Source: Candidatus Eiseniibacteriota bacterium (GTDB lineage Bacteria > Eisenbacteria > RBG-16-71-46). Taken from it: a stretch of DNA of 64,000 nucleotides. Positions 59,801 to 64,000 of this stretch are shown here, piece by piece. The notes beneath the pieces were generated by a model. The model was not told the DNA's origin, ran no database searches, and saw nothing but the letters and a program-made list of their open reading frames with translations. Each line of letters opens with the position of its first letter. Position 1 is the stretch's first letter. A program made the position numbers and the translations under genes. Where the stretch lies: positions 1,728,001-1,792,000 of the forward strand of contig OY970342.1 in the NCBI GenBank assembly GCA_963717505.1, written 5' to 3'.

Positions 59801-60977
59801 ATCGACCTGCACCACCTACTTCTTCGGGCTCAAGACGCGCGATGAGCGAACCAACGGCTGGTCAGCGGTGAGCGTCGTGACTGTCGGCACGAGCGGCTGT
59901 GGCGGTGGTGGAGGAGGCGAGCTTCCAGAATCCGCGCGTCCGGTCGGAGGCGGGCCGGTAGTAGCCCGAGAGCAGATTCTGCGGCTGGGGTCGTCGACCG
60001 GCGGTACAGCGGGCCTGACCATCGCGCATTCGGGGCCGACCGCGCAGGTGGACTCAGCGGCGATCCTACTGGCGCCGCGATCTGGGAACTCGATGACATT
60101 GGTGTCGGGAAACCAGCTGGAGGTTGTCGCGCGTCGTGAAGCCGAGCAGCTATTGCTGAATGGCACGGAGGTCAGCCTGTCGAACCTCGAGACGGCTCCG
60201 GGAGATCGTCTCATCGCCCGTTTCACCGACTCCGACGCGGTGCGAGGGATTGTGGTCGAGACTGGGGCGTCGGACTCGGACAACACGCCCGAGCGTCGTG
60301 GGTTCCGCGTACTCGTTCCCAATTCGCAAGGACAGTGGGTTCTGTCTACCGAGGTGGTGCCCGACTTCGACTGGGACGAGCTCGTGCTGCGGACGACAAC
60401 CGACAGTGTCTGCGTGGAGCTGGTCGGTGGGCACACGATCCTTGCCATCGATCGCCTGGTCGCGTCGGCCATGGAGCCATCCGTAGTCTCGATGGTTGGG
60501 ACTGAGGCGCGCCATTCCGAAGCGGGCAACCTCGCAGGCTTAGCCGAGTCAGTGGAACTGGCGGATGGGCAGTCTTTAGAAATCCACGCTGGCCTGCCTG
60601 CGACGGGCCAGCGCGCCGACGTGTTTCTCTACCTGAAGACGTCGGCGGCGAGCGGCCAGGGCCTGCGCAGTGAGCTTGATGCTGGTCGGAAGCTGCCGGC
60701 CGCATTCACACTGTCTCAGAACGAGCCCAACCCGTTCGGCGAAGGAACGCTCATCCGCTTCGCGGTGCCTATCAAGACCCAAGTAATGCTCGAGGTATTC
60801 GACATCCACGGCCGCAGGGTCAGGACTTTGAGTCAAAGCGAGTGGCCTGCTGGAGAACACACCCTTGAATGGAACGGACGAGACGAGCAGGGCCAGCGCG
60901 TCGCCCCCGGCGTCTATCTCTACCGCATGGAGGCGGGATCGTTCCGGGCCAGCCGCAAACTCGTCATGTCGCCTTGA
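56898..60977 (+). CDS. Large secreted galactose/glyoxal-oxidase-like copper radical oxidase with inserted Kelch propeller, FN3 and FlgD/T9SS C-terminal domain
   Basis: Signal peptide; FCSGH, WYPT, RGYHSSALLLPDARIL, YSPPYL, THGFDQNQR, PPGDYLLF; six extra Kelch GG blades; WNAPGDDG FN3; QNEPNPF...PGVYLYR. Confidence 0.85.
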   Translation: MPPHVNSIRAFRTPSLLLIPSLILAAVAVAMPAGASDYNVKGRWQWVTESKWDVMNGSNLEKGGGTHMALLRGASDEHWVLHWHLGEQARLWRPTSATDVDGVAEDVPFLSFETFCSGHATLGNGKLLVVGGTIGVTTGERRCVTFDPTEYTLASKGWTQVNSSAAGHWYPTVTTLGDGKVLAVAGAQHENIVMFGGAVGSSDTVTNEAGFLNMAEDENWNRDPTTSGRPAKRQGHSAVYWNGFAVVFGGESMNNDIHRLWGPDKDPGRRRQWEAALTPSNPPSARSWHSAVVLGDTLYVFGGKDNTSGSALNELWWINLKSPSAWNQVSVQGTWPEARWDHTAVLAKDDRAQPVMIVYGGRKNATELADDDVWVLTIPRYVNQGGGGAATSFAWRGLELSSPEPGPLEGHSAVLVARGYPNPRTHRIQVFGGRKANGDLTNSLWELRQVEVADSSAIWTFFDPGLGDTIPRRMRHAAVYDKEWTRMIVHGGDTTPTAAGGNLGDLWELDLENADWSPITITPTDSVPLARSGHKMVIDSRPIQVHVPEIYDPDNGASGTWTSKPDGPKYQPYYPFMFTLPDGNVFFAGNGPEHSVPPTTESYIYNPAAQEWTNQKTSGSLGGSAVYWPDLNKVMKCGGDDDVTNSDEQETRVLTIGSGNWIEAADMPESRTFHNLTQLPDGRVLLSGGKTRSYGGAFNNVARMWDPTQSVPEWGPSLASDPANRGYHSSALLLPDARILCAGGPGGADREGTWRATIYSPPYLYKSNGVDLADRPTITSSPNYTVHYNEPFYVNVDVDPGTTPIDSIKIFCLIRPGAPTHGFDQNQRYVSLAPYTMTHGMLRTVLTDNPNKVPPGDYLLFAVRTGVAGVPSVAKWIKIQNEAGGVDNTAPASAGLTYSDVQSNSVVLKWNAPGDDGTTGTATQYSLRKRLSTAGAITDANFFENPAVGFSGLPRPAGAQEQALAETLSTCTTYFFGLKTRDERTNGWSAVSVVTVGTSGCGGGGGGELPESARPVGGGPVVAREQILRLGSSTGGTAGLTIAHSGPTAQVDSAAILLAPRSGNSMTLVSGNQLEVVARREAEQLLLNGTEVSLSNLETAPGDRLIARFTDSDAVRGIVVETGASDSDNTPERRGFRVLVPNSQGQWVLSTEVVPDFDWDELVLRTTTDSVCVELVGGHTILAIDRLVASAMEPSVVSMVGTEARHSEAGNLAGLAESVELADGQSLEIHAGLPATGQRADVFLYLKTSAASGQGLRSELDAGRKLPAAFTLSQNEPNPFGEGTLIRFAVPIKTQVMLEVFDIHGRRVRTLSQSEWPAGEHTLEWNGRDEQGQRVAPGVYLYRMEAGSFRASRKLVMSP

Positions 60978-63900
60978 ACTTGCCGATCGGGCGGCGCGGC
61001 CCCAACAAGCACAGTATACGACGCGCATCACTTGTGGCCGTGCTCTTTGTTGGGTGCCACTTGGTTACCGCACCTTCCGATGGATCGGCGCAGATCGTGG
61101 GTTCCATCATCGACATTTCCGGCGGCGTCAATCCGGAACTCGACCACTCACCCTCGATCGCGACAAGTGGTCGGAACGTGGTCGCGGTCTGGTATGACAA
61201 GGGTCGCGAGAACCTTCGTGGCTCGGTTTCTCGTGACGGCGGTGTCACATGGTCGGCTTCGATCATTGGCCCAGGCCGCCTGAGCCGGCCATCGACATGC
61301 ATCGACAGCAGACAGTCAGCATTCTGTGCGGTGGACGGAGTGGATGTTGGCGGATATACGATCCTGATTTTCAAGGCGTCGTTTCAGGATCCTGTCTGGC
61401 AATGGCAACGACAACAAAACGCCGTGCCTCCGATCTCGTTTGGTGCCGATGTGCCGGAAGGTGTACGCATCCTGAGCGACCACACAAACGATGTGCTCTA
61501 CCTGGTCTATACGCTCAGACCCGAGCGCTACCAGGGTCGCATCCAGTTCGTGCGCTCCACCAATGGAGGGGCGAGCTGGTCCCCTCCCGTTGAACTGAGC
61601 GGCAGCCAATGCAACACCGCGCAGTTCGCGCTCGGTCCCAATGGTGAGCTGTACGTGGTGTGGGAGGACTATGCTCAGGGAGCCATCGTCGGTCGAAAGT
61701 CCACGGATCAAGGCGTAAGCTTCAACGTTCCCTTTACGCTAGGGGCAATCCGCGACAACGTCAGCTTCGGGCCGCCGGGGTGGCAGGATGGTTCCCGCAG
61801 CGCGATGTTGGACAACGTCGAGTGCATGGACTTCCCGGCGTTCCTCGGGGTGGCAGTCGACACCGGCGCCGGGCCACGGCGCGGAGCGATCTACGGGGTA
61901 TGGAGCGAGTACGCCCTCGGCACGGTGGACCCCGACCCGATTCGCACCGTGGTTGAGACCGAGCCGAACGGCGATTTTGCCAGCGCCACGCCGATTCAGA
62001 TCGGTGACGATGTCAGTGGCGGGATGGTGGGAACTGACACCTCGGGCGACTGCGATGTGTTTACGTTCGGAGCCACGGCCGGTACGACGATTCAGATTAC
62101 CGGTGGAGCCACTTACTGTCACCCAGTAGGCGGGTGCACGAATCCGTCGTTCGGCATCTCGCTACTATGCGGAGATGATCCCTCGAACCTGACTCAGGTC
62201 GGGTGTGGTTCGCTCTACAACAGAACCTCGATCCCCCCGGTGGTCTACACGCTGCCGGCCACCGGACGCTACTATCTGGACCTATGCGGGGGCGTGGGGA
62301 CGTTCGTCTACGAACTCCAGTTCCGCGAGTACGTGATAACTCCCGGGCAGGGAGCTCTCGACCACCGCGATGTTGTACTAGTGCGTTCGACCGACGGCGG
62401 CGCGACGTGGTCGGACAAGGTGCGGGTCAACGATGATGCGCCGAGTTACGACAACGCGATGCCGGCGGTGGCGGTGGACGCCTCGGGCCGGGTGTACGTG
62501 GCGTGGTATGACCGGCGTGAGGATCCGGAGTGCGGAGCACAGGTGCACACACGTTGGACCTACTCTGAGGATGGCGGTGCGACATTCGCCTCTTCGCTGA
62601 GAGCGAGCGAACAGCCAAGCGGGGGTGGTCGTCACTACGACGGCCGGGGGCTGCAGAACACCTGGCAAGTGGGGGACCACCTCGCGCTACGTGCCGAAGG
62701 AGAGCGGGCTTACCTGCTGTGGACCCACATTCCGATTGGAGCTGCCTGTCCCCAATTGCCCTGCGACGGGGACATCTTCGGGTCGGTGATCGGCTTCGAG
62801 ACTGATCGGCCCGAGATCCTGGACGTGGAGCCGGATGTTGGGGCTCCCGGAATCGGCGTCGAGATCCGCGGGCGCAATCTGTCGGACGCGACGGCGGTTC
62901 TGTTTCGAGACCAGTCGGTTTCCTTCACGGTGGTCTCGGACTCGCTGATCACCACCGAGGTTCCGGTCGACGGGCGCACCGGGTATGTGACGGTGGTGAA
63001 CCCCCCGCTGGCCGGCGTGAGTGCGGGGCTGTTCTACGTGACGCCGCGGATTGGCTCGGTGCTGCCGTCGCGGGGGCTGGTGGGACAAGCAGTCAAGCTC
63101 GTCGGGGCCAACTTCACCGGTGCAAGCCAGGTGCGCTTCAATGGCGTGCCGTCATCGTTCACCGTGGTCTCTGACACCTTGATCACGACCATGGTGCCGG
63201 GGGGAGCAAACGAGGGTCCGATCGAGGTCGTGGCCCCAGGTGGAACCGTCGCGTCGGACCCGTTCCTGATCGGGCACCTCAACAGCGGGATTAACCTGGC
63301 GTGGGACGACTGCGGAGCCAACGGGGTGACACTGAAGCGGTTTGCGTGCGACACGAATCTGGGGCCGATGTTCACGCTGGTCGGCTCGTTCACACCGCCC
63401 GTGGGAGTCGATCGGTTCACTGGGATCACCGCCGATCTCCGGGTGATCAACCCCTCCGGCCAGCCGCTGCCGGACTGGTGGCGGGTCTCGACCGGCGGAT
63501 GCCGTCCTGACGCGCTAGGGACGAGCTATGACTTCACTGCTGGTCCCACCACGTGCCGTGACTTCTACCAGGGGCCTCTGAGCAACAGCATTTCATACGA
63601 GCCCGCGTACGGAGGGCCCGCACATGCCCGCCTACTGATGAGCGCGACAATCCCTACCGAGGGTGTCGGGCCGCTCGATGCGGGGACCGAGTACTACGCA
63701 TTCAAGGTCCATGTCGCGCGGGTACAGAGCATCGGCAAGGAGAGCTGTGCGGGCTGTAGCTCGACGATGCGCCTCGAGCTTCGATCAATCCAATTGCACC
63801 AGCCGGTCGAGAGCGGTTTCGCCCCAGTGCTGACCACGCCGCTGATTCGGCAAGTCGCCTACTGGCAGAACTCTGGGCCCGACATTGTGAGCTTCCTGCC

Positions 63901-64000
63901 CCGACAGGCACCAGCTGGCGCGCAGGTGGGTCTTCGTGGCCTGGGTTTCACTGGCGCAACCATGGTGACGTTGAGCGGTATCAACGCACCTTTCACTGTA
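60974..64000 (+). CDS. Large secreted Asp-box (BNR/sialidase-like) propeller protein with PPC-like insert, IPT/TIG repeats and a Cys-containing module; 3' end outside window
   Basis: Absent from the ORF track (no stop in window). Manual translation from TTG 60974 shows a signal-like region, Asp boxes SRDGGVTW, STNGGASW, STDQGVSF, STDGGATW, SEDGGATF, ETEPNGDFASA, FTVVSD.LITT.VP twice, NLAWDDCG...FACDTN...LPDWW. Confidence 0.8.
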   Translation, partial: MNLPIGRRGPNKHSIRRASLVAVLFVGCHLVTAPSDGSAQIVGSIIDISGGVNPELDHSPSIATSGRNVVAVWYDKGRENLRGSVSRDGGVTWSASIIGPGRLSRPSTCIDSRQSAFCAVDGVDVGGYTILIFKASFQDPVWQWQRQQNAVPPISFGADVPEGVRILSDHTNDVLYLVYTLRPERYQGRIQFVRSTNGGASWSPPVELSGSQCNTAQFALGPNGELYVVWEDYAQGAIVGRKSTDQGVSFNVPFTLGAIRDNVSFGPPGWQDGSRSAMLDNVECMDFPAFLGVAVDTGAGPRRGAIYGVWSEYALGTVDPDPIRTVVETEPNGDFASATPIQIGDDVSGGMVGTDTSGDCDVFTFGATAGTTIQITGGATYCHPVGGCTNPSFGISLLCGDDPSNLTQVGCGSLYNRTSIPPVVYTLPATGRYYLDLCGGVGTFVYELQFREYVITPGQGALDHRDVVLVRSTDGGATWSDKVRVNDDAPSYDNAMPAVAVDASGRVYVAWYDRREDPECGAQVHTRWTYSEDGGATFASSLRASEQPSGGGRHYDGRGLQNTWQVGDHLALRAEGERAYLLWTHIPIGAACPQLPCDGDIFGSVIGFETDRPEILDVEPDVGAPGIGVEIRGRNLSDATAVLFRDQSVSFTVVSDSLITTEVPVDGRTGYVTVVNPPLAGVSAGLFYVTPRIGSVLPSRGLVGQAVKLVGANFTGASQVRFNGVPSSFTVVSDTLITTMVPGGANEGPIEVVAPGGTVASDPFLIGHLNSGINLAWDDCGANGVTLKRFACDTNLGPMFTLVGSFTPPVGVDRFTGITADLRVINPSGQPLPDWWRVSTGGCRPDALGTSYDFTAGPTTCRDFYQGPLSNSISYEPAYGGPAHARLLMSATIPTEGVGPLDAGTEYYAFKVHVARVQSIGKESCAGCSSTMRLELRSIQLHQPVESGFAPVLTTPLIRQVAYWQNSGPDIVSFLPRQAPAGAQVGLRGLGFTGATMVTLSGINAPFTV

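Noticed and set aside
56570-64000. Mobile element or prophage explaining the lower-GC right end
   Set aside because: Composition looks shifted by eye, but no integrase, transposase, tRNA or terminal repeats are visible.

Overview
64 kb of a high-GC, diderm bacterial genome. PorV-like and C-terminal FlgD/T9SS-type sorting-domain proteins point to the FCB-related radiation, possibly Ca. Eisenbacteria (inference only). In order: (1) nucleoside-salvage genes (BMP lipoprotein, tdk, udk, rpiB, add) plus two M16-like proteins. (2) A TonB-dependent receptor / PorV-like / lipoprotein / sorting-domain operon ending in a tandem OB-fold protein, possibly a nucleic-acid scavenging locus. (3) A lipoate/NAD operon (thioesterase, E2, lipB, DUF2203, nadA, lipA). 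(4) An accessory block: FAD monooxygenase, GAF-sigma54 activator, a sigma54 promoter followed by a short structured RNA, and an operon joining a PltL/PltF/PltE-type prolyl-to-pyrrolyl carrier-protein cassette to an MBOAT + SGNH acyl-transfer pair. This is the best candidate for an undescribed system. (5) Peroxiredoxin, two PEGA proteins (one a membrane-anchored ATPase), DUF5916 barrel, M3 peptidase, SDR, SixA, DUF1326, metH, GNAT, pfkA. (6) A copper block: a RAPP-terminated leader ORF before tolC-cusB-cusA-cupredoxin (cusA and the 3' part of cusB heavily frameshifted, probably sequencing error), divergent from a large secreted copper-radical-oxidase-like protein with a nested Kelch propeller, then an Asp-box/IPT protein running off the window. 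No rRNA, tRNA, CRISPR array or transposase was recognised. All assignments are from motif recognition by eye; no searches were run.
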